Positions 18,674-29,569 of a stretch of 64,000 nucleotides of DNA are shown here, one piece after another. Under the pieces are notes generated by a model. That model did not search any database and was not told where the DNA came from. It saw only the letters and a list, made by a program, of their open reading frames with translations. The first letter of the stretch is position 1. Each line of letters begins with the position of its first letter. The translations under genes and the position numbers were made by a program. The DNA comes from a virus: the IMG/VR virus record IMGVR_UViG_3300042691_041392; one strand, given 5' to 3'.

Positions 18674-19205
18674 ATTTCAATTTATTTATTTTATCTCTTA
18701 AAATGGCAGCTTTTTCATAATCTTCATTTTCTAAACATAAAATCAATTCAGATTCCATTTGTTTTAACAGTTTAGATATTTTAGAATCTAATAATTGTTT
18801 TTCTTTGATAAGTGAATCAACATCAAATGTTTCATCTTTAGATTCTTTAGATTCTACTACTTTATCAGTTACTTTAACATCTGATCTATTTTTTGGTTTC
18901 TTAGTATCGAAAACAGTTGGTTTCATTTTCAACAAACTATCCTTTTCTTTTTTAGAAAGAATAATACCATCATTGATGACCAATCCTTTATAAGTAAACG
19001 CATTATTAACTCCCATATCAGATTTAAGCATATAACCAACATCAATACCATTTACATCATCTAACCACAATTTAGCAAATCCATCTTTTTTTAACTTTTG
19101 AAGACAACCATCAACTAGATTTAACTTCTCAGTTACAACTGATAATTGTTGATCATTATACATTCTCAAATCAATCAATTTAATATTTAAATCTTTTATG
19201 TTCAT
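18672..19205 (-). CDS. Protein with C-terminal UvrB/UvrC (UVR) motif
   Basis: LENEDYEKAAILRDKI; host-type promoter at 19223-19253. Confidence 0.7.
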   Translation of the reverse strand: MNIKDLNIKLIDLRMYNDQQLSVVTEKLNLVDGCLQKLKKDGFAKLWLDDVNGIDVGYMLKSDMGVNNAFTYKGLVINDGIILSKKEKDSLLKMKPTVFDTKKPKNRSDVKVTDKVVESKESKDETFDVDSLIKEKQLLDSKISKLLKQMESELILCLENEDYEKAAILRDKINKLK

Positions 19206-19222
19206 ATCATTAGTTATTTATA

Positions 19223-19253
19223 CAAATATAATAAAGTTTTTCTTTTTTACAAA
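19223..19253 (-). promoter_or_regulatory. Bacteroidota sigma70-type promoter (TTTG-N19-TATATTTG)
   Basis: Upstream of the UVR-motif gene. Confidence 0.7.
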
Positions 19254-19292
19254 ATTATTATTTAATATATATTCAAAAAATATTATTTTATA

Positions 19293-21956
19293 ATGAGATA
19301 CCTTAGTAACAGAGATCAATTTTTAAAGGAATCAAAATTTACTGGTTTACAAAAATACGAAAAAACTCCATATTCTGGTGAAGAATTTAAATTATATGAA
19401 AATGAAAATGCAGGTCCATTTGTAAATGATATCGGATGGAATGATTCACTATTAGGTAGATTTATTAATCATTTAGTAAGAAAAGCTAAGATCGCAATTG
19501 GTAAAATGAGATTAAAAGGTCTTATAAGACAGTTAAAATCTACTTTTGATGAAATAATAAGTAGAGGTAGAGTATCCGCTATGAGTAACGAAGATCGTTT
19601 ACAAATAATAAAACTTCAAGTTTATGCCTTCTTTCATGAATTAATACAAGGGGTTAATGATGGTGAAAATATAGTAGTTCTAAAAAAACTTACAAAATCA
19701 GCTATGTCTGCTTTAAAATCAACTGAAGATTTTGAAAAAAAAGATGATTTAATGAATGAATTAGAAGAATTCTTGAAATTCTTAGAACAATTTGGTGATA
19801 AAGAAGGAAGTACTGATAAAAGAGAAGGTCAAGAAGAAGGTCAAGAAGAAGGTGAAGGTTCCGAATCCGAAGCTTCTTATGGAACTATGGTCAAAAACTT
19901 AAAATCTCTATCTTTAATTTTATTAAATTATAAAAAAGTTACTTTTAAAAGTAAAGAAGCATATACAACACAAAAAGGTGACACTTTTCAAAAAATACAA
20001 TCTAATCCACAAGTAAATAAAAGAAAATTGGATATAAAAACTTTAAGAAGTAGAAATCTAAAAATATCTCAAAAATATCCAAAAGATAATCAAGAGTTAC
20101 AACCTGGATTACAATTAGTAATGGAAAACTTTTTGTTTGAAAATACTATTGGTGATGGATCTGGTGTTGAAAGAGGTGTTATTAAATCAGGAGAAGATCA
20201 CTTAACACAAGCTTATAACAAACTTAAAAAGGATATAGAAGTTTTAATTTCAGCCAAAGAAAAAGGTATAGGAGTTGATTATAATTCACTTAGTGATTTA
20301 TTGAAAAATGCTAATGATTCCAAGACTAAAAATAATATAAAATCTTTATACTCAGAGATTAAAAGATATTTAGTCGGAGACAAAAAAGGAACTCTACAAG
20401 ACAAAGATGCTCTTTATAAAGAAAGTTTAAATATTTCTGTTCCAAAAGAAAGAGTTATTATTGCTGAAAAAATTGCTAGATTTGCTAAGAGAGCTTTACA
20501 GTTCAAAGGAACCAATCTTGAAGGTGGTTTAGGTGATTTAAAAGTTCCTCTTAAAGACTTCATATCATCATTAGATGAAATATTAAAATCTAAAATTAAA
20601 ATTGAAGAAAATAGATTATTTAAATATGATACGTTTACAACGTTATTAAAAGAAGCTGATGGTGATAATGATGATAACCAAGATGATGATAACGAAGTAG
20701 AAAGTCAATCTAATCAAAATGAAGGAGGATCTGGTGTATCACAAAGAGTAAGAGAATGGTTTAATAAAAATTGTAAAGGTGTTATTTCGTTCACAATTGA
20801 AGAAGCTGAGGCAAAAAGACTAAGAGTTGAATTTGATAAGGTTAAATCAACTGATTTTGTTATTGATGGATTTGATCCAATTATTGAAATAATAAGAATA
20901 TTCAACAGAGCTTATAAAATCTACACAACTAGAATAATATCAAAAAGAAGTCAAAAAGTGACGGGAGGTACCTCTGGTCCAAGTGCTGGAACAGCGATGG
21001 AATATATGCCACTAGGTAATGGTGGTGGAGAACCATACAGACACATAAAAACATTTAATATTTGGGAAGATGCTGTTTTTGATATTTTAGGAAATAGAGA
21101 ATATCAAGAGATATTTGATAAGAAAACTGGTCTTCGTGTTGGTGATGAAATTAGACCAGAAAAAGGAGTTGCTTTAAGAAGATTTATATTTGATCTTCTA
21201 GATGGTAGTAAACTATATGGTAGAGAAGATGGTGGAACAAGTACAGGTATTCAATCTAAATTTTTAGAAGAATATTTTGGTGAAGTTGATGATAAAGCTA
21301 AAAATTCGGTAACCGAAATCAACGAAGGTGAAGACGGTGCTGGTGAAGCAGCGGCAATGCAAAGTGATATAAACGATGCAGCTGTTGAAGTTTCAATGTC
21401 AAGAGATAATATGCGTATTTTAACACCAGGAGTTGGTTATGTATTCACGATAACATCCGAAACAATAAATGAAGAAGCTTCTGATAACAGTACACAATAT
21501 ACTTTCATTGTAACTGGAGTAAAAGATGGTTATATAAGATTACTTTATTTTAGTAGTATTGGTGGTCTTTTCCCAATGTTCCAAAATGCTGGTAATATCA
21601 AAAGAACAAATATTAAAGGTGACTTCCAAGGACTTAATGTTTATATAGCATCTAATAACGGAAACAAGCTATTGAAACACTACACAAAAATTAAAAAAGA
21701 AGATTTTGTTAATTTGTTCAAAAAAGATTCACAAATTTCTTTAAATCATGTAGTAAGTCCTAATTATAACACATTGAAAAAAGATAACATAAAAATAAGT
21801 AGTATTTATTGGTTATCTAAAACAGTTGATGGTAAAAAGAAACCTTTTAATTTAGAAGGGGATAGTTTAACAAGAGCTCAACAATCATTTGATAGAGGTT
21901 CTACTTGGATGCCAAATATTGATAATAGTGCAATAGTAAAAAGATATACTAAATAA
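19293..21956 (+). CDS. Large protein with an internal LysM-like domain; probable virion/internal head protein
   Basis: YTTQKGDTFQKI...LQPGLQL (about 19959-20120); acidic linkers; late-type promoter. Confidence 0.6.
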   Translation: MRYLSNRDQFLKESKFTGLQKYEKTPYSGEEFKLYENENAGPFVNDIGWNDSLLGRFINHLVRKAKIAIGKMRLKGLIRQLKSTFDEIISRGRVSAMSNEDRLQIIKLQVYAFFHELIQGVNDGENIVVLKKLTKSAMSALKSTEDFEKKDDLMNELEEFLKFLEQFGDKEGSTDKREGQEEGQEEGEGSESEASYGTMVKNLKSLSLILLNYKKVTFKSKEAYTTQKGDTFQKIQSNPQVNKRKLDIKTLRSRNLKISQKYPKDNQELQPGLQLVMENFLFENTIGDGSGVERGVIKSGEDHLTQAYNKLKKDIEVLISAKEKGIGVDYNSLSDLLKNANDSKTKNNIKSLYSEIKRYLVGDKKGTLQDKDALYKESLNISVPKERVIIAEKIARFAKRALQFKGTNLEGGLGDLKVPLKDFISSLDEILKSKIKIEENRLFKYDTFTTLLKEADGDNDDNQDDDNEVESQSNQNEGGSGVSQRVREWFNKNCKGVISFTIEEAEAKRLRVEFDKVKSTDFVIDGFDPIIEIIRIFNRAYKIYTTRIISKRSQKVTGGTSGPSAGTAMEYMPLGNGGGEPYRHIKTFNIWEDAVFDILGNREYQEIFDKKTGLRVGDEIRPEKGVALRRFIFDLLDGSKLYGREDGGTSTGIQSKFLEEYFGEVDDKAKNSVTEINEGEDGAGEAAAMQSDINDAAVEVSMSRDNMRILTPGVGYVFTITSETINEEASDNSTQYTFIVTGVKDGYIRLLYFSSIGGLFPMFQNAGNIKRTNIKGDFQGLNVYIASNNGNKLLKHYTKIKKEDFVNLFKKDSQISLNHVVSPNYNTLKKDNIKISSIYWLSKTVDGKKKPFNLEGDSLTRAQQSFDRGSTWMPNIDNSAIVKRYTK

Positions 21957-22516
21957 TGAAATATTTAAAGAATTGGTCTTTATATCTTGAAGACTTTGAA
22001 GTAAATGTTACTGACACATCGGATATTAAGAAGGCTAAAGAGAAATTAAACACTCTTAGAAGTCAGATTGATGAGTTCAATAATAAGTACAAAACTATTG
22101 ATGCTGCTTATAAAACTAATGATCAGAAAAAAATTGATGATATGGAAAAAGCTCTCTTTGGTAATACCGATGTAAAAAATGGACCAGATAGAAATGAATT
22201 TTTAGTTAGATATCTAAATATAGCTAAAAAAAGAAGAGAGATTGAAAACAACACAAATAATATAGCATCAAGCAATGCTGATTTAATAAGATCTAAAGAT
22301 ATTTTAACAGCAACAACTGATAATGAAATAAAAAACAGATATACAAAAGACGTTATACCATCTATTCAAAAAAAGATAAATACGTCAAAAGAAAAAATAA
22401 AAAATAACGAAAAGGATATTAATCTACAAATAACTCAAATTCAAAAAGAGATGAGTAAAAGAGAAAAAGATTTAATGGAATTTATCAAGAAAATTGAAAT
22501 TAAAGAAAAAAAATAG
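21956..22516 (+). CDS. Coiled-coil hypothetical protein
   Basis: ORF coupled by TAATG overlap. Confidence 0.6.
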   Translation: MKYLKNWSLYLEDFEVNVTDTSDIKKAKEKLNTLRSQIDEFNNKYKTIDAAYKTNDQKKIDDMEKALFGNTDVKNGPDRNEFLVRYLNIAKKRREIENNTNNIASSNADLIRSKDILTATTDNEIKNRYTKDVIPSIQKKINTSKEKIKNNEKDINLQITQIQKEMSKREKDLMEFIKKIEIKEKK

Positions 22517-22575
22517 AAAAATATCGTTTTTTACATTTTATATATACACTAAGTATAAAAAATTAAAATAAAAAT

Positions 22576-25500
22576 ATGGCAATTCAAATTGGAAAATACA
22601 AAAGACCAGGAATCTTTTTAGAAGAATTTGATAACTCGGTTATCGCCACTCCTTTAGTGGAGGGAATAACTAATATGGTTATGGGTGTGTCCAAAAAAGG
22701 ACCAGTTAATACTCCTATTAGAATAACTAATGTTACGGATTTCGAAAATATTTTTGGTACATTAGACAGAAGTCTAGAAAGAAAAGGATCTTTCTTCCAC
22801 AGAACTGTTGCAAAAATGTTGGAAACTGCTCCAGTTTTCGCAATGAATTTGTTATTAACTGATGATAATTTAGATAAAATTGAATATCAATCTTTATCAG
22901 TATCATCTGATTATGCAAATGATATCGAAAGAGAAGGAGCATATAGAAGATTTTTTGACACAACTGGTTTCTGGAAAAGAGATACAGAGTCTTTTATTAA
23001 TTTAACAAAATCAAATACTGGTTATGCTGATAGATTATTAAACATAACTAACTTATCTGATAGATTCGCAACCGTTTTCATATTCAAATCTTCTTTAACT
23101 GGATTTGATAGAACATTAGTAGAATGGTATGGATCTATTGATAAAATACCTGCTTATGTGAATTCTAACGATTGGGCATCAGACTACATGGTTGATGTGG
23201 TAGTAGTAGCAGGTGATTGGTCTGATTACAAAACATTAGCGGTAGACTCTAGATGGAGTGCTTACTTCAACGCAAGTGGTCTTAGAAAATCTCAAATTAG
23301 AAACTTTGCCAATGATAGAAATGTTACCTTATTAGGTTACTATGAAGGTCTTTCTTTAATTCCATATTTTAGAGATGCTAATGGTAGAAATATATTTATT
23401 GAAACTACATTAAATAGAGATACTGATAGAACTGGTATATTCTGTTCTTTTAATGCTGATTTAGCAGAAGCTGATTTCTTTAATGGTAAAATCGACTTAA
23501 TTGGTCACACAATAGCAGGTAAGAATGAAACAACTATTAACTTCTTATCCTATAACGAAACAATAGCAGAAGAAGTTGAATTTGTAGCAACTCCACTTGA
23601 TTTACCAGGTAACGTAACTGCTTTAATGGGTACTTATTCAAATGGTACTCACTTCTTTGGTGGTGTTAGTTCATATGATAATGTATCAACTTTTCCAGTT
23701 GAACCAAGTGGAGTTCAAGGTGGTAGAAGTAATACAGGATTCAATAATAGAACCGCATGGTTCTCAGAAGGATATGTTTATGATGTTATGTCAACAGGAA
23801 CTGCTTCAGTTGGAACATCTTCTATATCAATTACTTATAGTATTACCGATAGTTCATATTTAGTTGTTGGTAATAACTACGTACCGGTTACTGCTACTGG
23901 ATCACTTGTTGTTAATTCTACTGATTACACATATTCAACAGTAACAGCTTCTTACTACGCAACTTATGTACTAGATTCATCAGGAGCTTTTAAAGTTTAC
24001 AAAACAACTGCTCAAAATACTAAACCAACAGTTGCTGCTACTGATACAGTTCTTTCATACGTTTTCTTTAAAACAAGATATGGTTCTATTTTAACAAGTG
24101 GTTATACACAATCAAATGTTACATTAAATAACACCGGAGCTGGTGGTGATGATTCATACTTAGATTTAGTACACGGAACAGCATCTGGAAAAGATTACTA
24201 CATCTCAGATTTAGGATCAGGATCAATAAAAGTAAGCTTTAATAATACTAATTCTTCACCAAGTACATCAAACTACGAGGTTTATAGAAGAATTAAATTA
24301 TTTAATAAATTGGTTTCTATATTAGATAGTGCTAATAAAGATAAAGTTGTTATGGTTTTAAAACCATCAAGTATATCAATAGATCCAGTAACCGGTGTTG
24401 GAAATGATAAATATAGTTTATCAGGAATGACTATTACTGATATTGTAACTAGTTCAACTCAAAACAAATCATTCGTTTTAAACACTGGTTTAACTACAGC
24501 TGATTTATCATATGTATTAAATGGTTTCTTATGTTTTTATACAGTAGATAATGAGTTTATCTTAGGAACAGAAGGTTTCAATACAAGAATGACTTCAGCA
24601 ACTCAATCATTTGGTATTGTATCACCTTACACCAAATTCTATACTCAATACTTTAATGGTAATATCAATACATCTGATTATTTCTATAACAACAGAATGA
24701 CTGAAGATATTCTTGTTGCGGGTGGTACAGTGAGTGTTACTTTCTTCGACGGTGAAACTTTATCATCTATCACTGGATTTAACACTGGTGTAACTTCATC
24801 ATTCGCTGGATATGATTATATCTTAATTGATACATCAGCTATATCTACATCTTTAGGAAGTAATCAAGATTTAGGATTAGAAATTGGTAAAGTTATATCA
24901 ATCAGAGGAGCTGAGACAAACACAGGAACATTTACAATTGATTCTGATAACTTAGGAGCTCCTAACACTGGAAATGGAACTGGTGATTTTAAATTATCAA
25001 GTGGAAGTAATTTACCAGATAACTATTATGTATATAGAGTTGTTGAAGAAACTTCTTATGAAGTAGTTAACAATGTTACATTTATAAACGACCACTCCGA
25101 TTACGTACATTACTTAAAAATGTATTTAACTGGTTCTAATCTTACTGTTGACTTTAAAGATTCTTCTCTAACATCTGATGAGAGACTACATTTATATAAT
25201 AACTCAACTCCATCAGAAGACTTTAGAGTAGCATCTACTTTCTATGTAAATAGTCAAGATTCTAACTATAAACAAACTTTAGAAATTGAAAGTGCTAATG
25301 GTTATACACCAGTACCTAACAAAATACTTGTTAAAGGTGAAAGATATACCGAAGTTATGATTGGTGACTTCTTAGAAGCTGAATATGACTCTTCTTTATT
25401 AAAGATCGGTGAATATCCAAGAAAACTTACAAGAGTTTTAAGTAAAAGAGCTTACGCTGGTGATACTTCTTTAGTAGAAATTACTTGTGATGCAGCTATC

Positions 25501-26610
25501 AAGAAAGTAAACTTCGAAGGTGACTACCAAACAACAAGATATAAATCTGTTGATGTTTACGCTTCAACTTATAAAGCAATCTCGTTAAAAGGATTTAGAG
25601 TAAGAGAAGCTTCACTTCCTGATGGAACTGAAACTAGACAAAATGCTATTCTTAACTTAGTTGGTAGAGGAACTCCTTTATTCAAAGCGTTAACTAACAA
25701 AGAGGCATTAGATTTTAGATACTTAATTGACTCATTTGGATTAGGATTAACAGAAAGATCTAAACAACAATATGTTGATATCTGTGGAGATAGAAAAGAC
25801 GCATTTGGTTTCTTAAATATGCCTTCAATGAAGTCATTTAAAAACTCATCATCTCCAACATTCGTTAACTCTGAAGGTGTTTTACAAACAGAATTCATCG
25901 CTAAAGGTGGTGATCCTGAAAGTGGACCAGCATTCCTTTACTCATTCGGTGACGGAGCAGGAACAACTTGTGTAGGTTATTTCTTACCTTACTTAACAGT
26001 AAATGATAATGGTAGACCATTAGATATGCCACCAGCATCTCACGTAGCTACTACTTATATGAGAAAACATATCTCTAACTTAGGTGGAATAACTCCTTGG
26101 ACTATCGCTGCTGGTGTTACAAATGGTAGAATTACTAACATCGCTGGATTAGAACAAGATTTCACACTTGAAGATATCGAATTCTTAAACCAAGCTCAAA
26201 TGAACCCTATCGTATTTAAGAGAAATAGAGGTAATATCATCGAGACTGAGAATACAGCTCAAACTCTTTATAGATCAGCTCTTTCTTACATTCACGTTAG
26301 AGAGGTATTAATTGAGTTAGAAAGAGAATTATCTAGAATGTTATTAGACTTCCAATGGCAGTTTAACACTCCAGATATCAGAGCTGAGATTAAACTTAGA
26401 GCTGACTTAATCTGTGAAACTTATGTTAGTAGAAATGGTTTATACAACTACTTCAATAAAATGGATGAGGAAAACAACACTCCTGAAATCATTGACAACC
26501 AAATTGGTGTTCTTGATACATATGTTGAACCAATCAAAGGTATGGGTATCATTGTTAACAATGTTACAATTCTTAGAACTGGAGCAATTGACGCAGGTGG
26601 TTTCCTATAA
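22576..26610 (+). CDS. Contractile tail sheath protein with large central insertion
   Basis: RPGIFLEEFD, G...KGPVNTP....FG; C-terminal PW..AAG...G, L...Q.NPI, SAL..IHVR, F.FN...R, PIKG. Confidence 0.92.
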   Translation: MAIQIGKYKRPGIFLEEFDNSVIATPLVEGITNMVMGVSKKGPVNTPIRITNVTDFENIFGTLDRSLERKGSFFHRTVAKMLETAPVFAMNLLLTDDNLDKIEYQSLSVSSDYANDIEREGAYRRFFDTTGFWKRDTESFINLTKSNTGYADRLLNITNLSDRFATVFIFKSSLTGFDRTLVEWYGSIDKIPAYVNSNDWASDYMVDVVVVAGDWSDYKTLAVDSRWSAYFNASGLRKSQIRNFANDRNVTLLGYYEGLSLIPYFRDANGRNIFIETTLNRDTDRTGIFCSFNADLAEADFFNGKIDLIGHTIAGKNETTINFLSYNETIAEEVEFVATPLDLPGNVTALMGTYSNGTHFFGGVSSYDNVSTFPVEPSGVQGGRSNTGFNNRTAWFSEGYVYDVMSTGTASVGTSSISITYSITDSSYLVVGNNYVPVTATGSLVVNSTDYTYSTVTASYYATYVLDSSGAFKVYKTTAQNTKPTVAATDTVLSYVFFKTRYGSILTSGYTQSNVTLNNTGAGGDDSYLDLVHGTASGKDYYISDLGSGSIKVSFNNTNSSPSTSNYEVYRRIKLFNKLVSILDSANKDKVVMVLKPSSISIDPVTGVGNDKYSLSGMTITDIVTSSTQNKSFVLNTGLTTADLSYVLNGFLCFYTVDNEFILGTEGFNTRMTSATQSFGIVSPYTKFYTQYFNGNINTSDYFYNNRMTEDILVAGGTVSVTFFDGETLSSITGFNTGVTSSFAGYDYILIDTSAISTSLGSNQDLGLEIGKVISIRGAETNTGTFTIDSDNLGAPNTGNGTGDFKLSSGSNLPDNYYVYRVVEETSYEVVNNVTFINDHSDYVHYLKMYLTGSNLTVDFKDSSLTSDERLHLYNNSTPSEDFRVASTFYVNSQDSNYKQTLEIESANGYTPVPNKILVKGERYTEVMIGDFLEAEYDSSLLKIGEYPRKLTRVLSKRAYAGDTSLVEITCDAAIKKVNFEGDYQTTRYKSVDVYASTYKAISLKGFRVREASLPDGTETRQNAILNLVGRGTPLFKALTNKEALDFRYLIDSFGLGLTERSKQQYVDICGDRKDAFGFLNMPSMKSFKNSSSPTFVNSEGVLQTEFIAKGGDPESGPAFLYSFGDGAGTTCVGYFLPYLTVNDNGRPLDMPPASHVATTYMRKHISNLGGITPWTIAAGVTNGRITNIAGLEQDFTLEDIEFLNQAQMNPIVFKRNRGNIIETENTAQTLYRSALSYIHVREVLIELERELSRMLLDFQWQFNTPDIRAEIKLRADLICETYVSRNGLYNYFNKMDEENNTPEIIDNQIGVLDTYVEPIKGMGIIVNNVTILRTGAIDAGGFL

Positions 26611-26622
26611 AAATAAAAACTT

Positions 26623-26654
26623 AAAAAAACCTCAGAGAAATCTGAGGTTTTTTT
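26623..26654 (+). terminator. Terminator after tail sheath
   Basis: aaaaaaacctcaga gaaa tctgaggttttttt. Confidence 0.85.
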
Positions 26655-26742
26655 ATTTTATAACGTATAAACTTAATTATTATCAAATTATATAATAGAG
26701 GAGATAAATTCTCAAATATATATCAAAAAATAATTAATTTAT

Positions 26743-27690
26743 ATGTCACAAAACGAAGGAATGAGTGAAGAAGACTACTTAAAAAGACATCTTCAAGATT
26801 TAGATGAAGGTAAAAAAGTAGTTGAACAAAAACAAATGAATAGTGATATACCATTTCAAGCAGTTGATAATGCTAGAGTATCAGATTTACAATACTTTAA
26901 CTTTGATATTAGAGAATTACCTTGTGGGCAATTCTATCCAGCAGGAACTCTTTTTATGGTTAGACCAGCTCAAGTAAAAGAAATACAAGCATACTCTATG
27001 GTGGACGATCAAAACTTCTATGATATTGTAGAAAAAATGAACGATATGTTACAAGCTTGTGTTAGAATTAAATATCCAGATGGTAAAATTGCATCATATT
27101 TAGATATCAAAGACCAAGATAGATTGTTCTTAATATTTTTAATCAGAGAATTAACTTTCCAACAAGGAAATGGTTTATCTGTAAATAATGTTAGATGTTC
27201 ATGTGGTCAAGAGAATTCAATTGAATTAAAAAGAGGTAACTTTGTTTACTATGATATCGATGAAAAATTAATGAAGTTTTATAACAAAGGAACTGGATCT
27301 TATAATTTCTCAACTATACACGGTAAACATTTTGATTTAACACCACCAAATATTGGTTTACAAAAAGCTTTCAGTGATTATATACTCAAAGAAAATAACG
27401 AAAAAAGAAGTCCTAATTTAGCTTTCTTAAAAATCATCCCATTCATGTTAAATGGTAGAAGTCATATTACATACGAAGGAATTAAATCAAAATTAACAGA
27501 GTTTGAAGGTATGGATGATATTTCATTCCAATTCTTAAACGCAGCTGTTGGTAAAATGACTTTCGGAATTAAAGAATTAAAAAAGACTTGTTCGTGTGGT
27601 GAGGAGGTCCACACAGATATGCAGTTTCCCAACGGAGCCTCAGGTATTTTCGTTATTCATGATGCCTTTGAAGCATATATTAAAGAATAA
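26743..27690 (+). CDS. Baseplate hub/tail assembly chaperone (T4 gp26/gp51-like)
   Basis: LP.G.FY, VRP....E, L...DRLFL...IR, two CSCG motifs; directly downstream of the sheath. Confidence 0.65.
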   Translation: MSQNEGMSEEDYLKRHLQDLDEGKKVVEQKQMNSDIPFQAVDNARVSDLQYFNFDIRELPCGQFYPAGTLFMVRPAQVKEIQAYSMVDDQNFYDIVEKMNDMLQACVRIKYPDGKIASYLDIKDQDRLFLIFLIRELTFQQGNGLSVNNVRCSCGQENSIELKRGNFVYYDIDEKLMKFYNKGTGSYNFSTIHGKHFDLTPPNIGLQKAFSDYILKENNEKRSPNLAFLKIIPFMLNGRSHITYEGIKSKLTEFEGMDDISFQFLNAAVGKMTFGIKELKKTCSCGEEVHTDMQFPNGASGIFVIHDAFEAYIKE

Positions 27691-27898
27691 GTTATTACTT
27701 CAAAAGCACTTTCACACACAAGAGTGGGCTATGGATAATTGGCCCTTCTGGATGTTTGAAGAAAATATTAAATTAGTCAATGAAATTATTGAAGATGAAG
27801 AAAAACAAAGAAAAGATCAAGAGGGTGGACAAAATGCGAACCTTCCAGATACAGGATCAATAATGAGAAATATGACAAGTAATATGCCAAAATTCTAA
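27659..27898 (+). CDS. Small tail/hub assembly chaperone partner; possibly a frameshift extension of the upstream gene
   Basis: L.KH.....MDNWPFW.......L...IE.E resembles the small gp51-like ORF; overlaps the upstream gene in the +1 frame. Confidence 0.6.
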   Translation: MMPLKHILKNKLLLQKHFHTQEWAMDNWPFWMFEENIKLVNEIIEDEEKQRKDQEGGQNANLPDTGSIMRNMTSNMPKF

Positions 27899-27901
27899 AA
27901 T

Positions 27902-27935
27902 AAAAAAAAACCACTCTTTTGAGTGGTTTTTTTTT
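27902..27935. terminator. Bidirectional terminator between chaperone and tail tube genes
   Basis: aaaaccactc tttt gagtggtttt. Confidence 0.85.
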
Positions 27936-27948
27936 ATTATCATAAGTA

Positions 27949-28569
27949 TTAATATCCAGTGATAAGTGGAGGAGTAATTGAGAAGTTTTGATCAATGTAC
28001 TCATCAACAAAGTAATCATAAATAAAGTCAGCTTGAACTGTTTCAATTGTGTTGTTACCATTCCAATCTAAAGAGTAACCAGCTATTTGTTTAATTTGAA
28101 CGTTTTGGAAAGTTACACGTCTTAAAACAACACCTTTTTTATCATGTTGGTTAACAATAACAGTACCAATACAATCTGATTTATAGTGCATAGAACCATT
28201 TTGAGAGTTAAATACTAAATCATACCAAGCTTTAAGTGTATTCCAAGTCTCCATTGAACCAGCTTGATTAACATTAACTTGAAATTTAATGTTAAAGTCA
28301 CCACTAGTCTTAGTAGGAGTTGTATTAAATACTCTTGTTGAATACTTAAATCTTTGTTCTTTTTGACCAACATCAAATTGTGTTAAGTTCATATCAATAT
28401 TAGTAGCATTCTCTAATAAAAGTAGAGTATTTCTACCTTGTGCTGTTAAGATGTTTGGTAATACAAATGTTATCTCAAACAAATTTAAGTAAACAATCTC
28501 ATCAGGAAGAGTACCTGGCCCCCCTGGTGAACCAACATTCGAGATTTGTGTGTAATGAGGAAGTGGCAT
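27949..28569 (-). CDS. Tail tube protein (T4 gp19-like)
   Basis: NLFEITF, W.DLVFN..NG, V...DK.G...R...F, LDW, F.YDY. Confidence 0.8.
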   Translation of the reverse strand: MPLPHYTQISNVGSPGGPGTLPDEIVYLNLFEITFVLPNILTAQGRNTLLLLENATNIDMNLTQFDVGQKEQRFKYSTRVFNTTPTKTSGDFNIKFQVNVNQAGSMETWNTLKAWYDLVFNSQNGSMHYKSDCIGTVIVNQHDKKGVVLRRVTFQNVQIKQIAGYSLDWNGNNTIETVQADFIYDYFVDEYIDQNFSITPPLITGY

Positions 28570-28693
28570 ATTTTTTAATTATTTTTTCTAATTGTATCCA
28601 ATTATAAAGTATATATTTTTATTTTTTTTTCTCTTGTTTTTTCTATACTTTTCTTAGTATATATTAATTATAAAAACTAATTTTTTTCCATTT

Positions 28694-29503
28694 TCACACA
28701 ATACCGGAGAAGAATCCTTTTGGATAAGAGACATCATTTTTTTTACATAAATTGTATATTTTTCTCCAATTACAATCATATATTTTAGATAATTCAACAA
28801 TATTTAAATTCTCATTAATTTTAAGAATTAATTCATTTAAATCAATTTTGGCTTTATTGGAACTACGTATAGGTGGGTTATTAATAATCTCTAAACACTT
28901 ATTATACTTTCTTTTTAAACCCATCTCATATCCACACGGATATAAATAATTATATAAAGATTCTATTTCACTATACTTCTTAATTCTTATATAAGATGAC
29001 TTATTACCATTATTACTAATAACTCTTCTTATTTCATATTGAGATATATTTAATGATTTAAATAAACTCTCAATATGAGTCCAATCTTGTTCATATGATG
29101 ATGTTACATAAAATTGCCTATTTTTATTTTTCAAATTAAAATAAAAACAACCATCACCATCAATCAACCCAAGATAGAAATATCTAACCAAATCATTTGG
29201 TATATCATTTATTAAATCCAATGGTGATTTAGTACTTTTATTTAAAAAATATTTAGATATAAAAAAATCATAAAATTTAACATCACAGAAGTAAATAGTC
29301 ATCTGTGGTCTTCTATTCTCACGATGTCTATTCATAGTACATATCTTTAAAAAATCTATTTTTTTAATATCTTCTAATATTTCAATTGCATCATTTTCTA
29401 ATATTTCTACACCAACTCTTTTTCTTTCTATAAATCCATCAGACCATAAAAATCCCAAAAAATAGATAAAATATTTATTATAAACTATATTCACATATTC
29501 CAT
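28694..29503 (-). mobile_element. LAGLIDADG homing endonuclease (two motifs)
   Basis: YFLGFLWSDG and FYLGLIDGDG; LY......LKRKY. Confidence 0.85.
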
Positions 29504-29569
29504 ATAATTATATATACAAAAGTGTTATGTCCCTATACATATTTGTAAAAAAAAAAAATAAAATTTATT

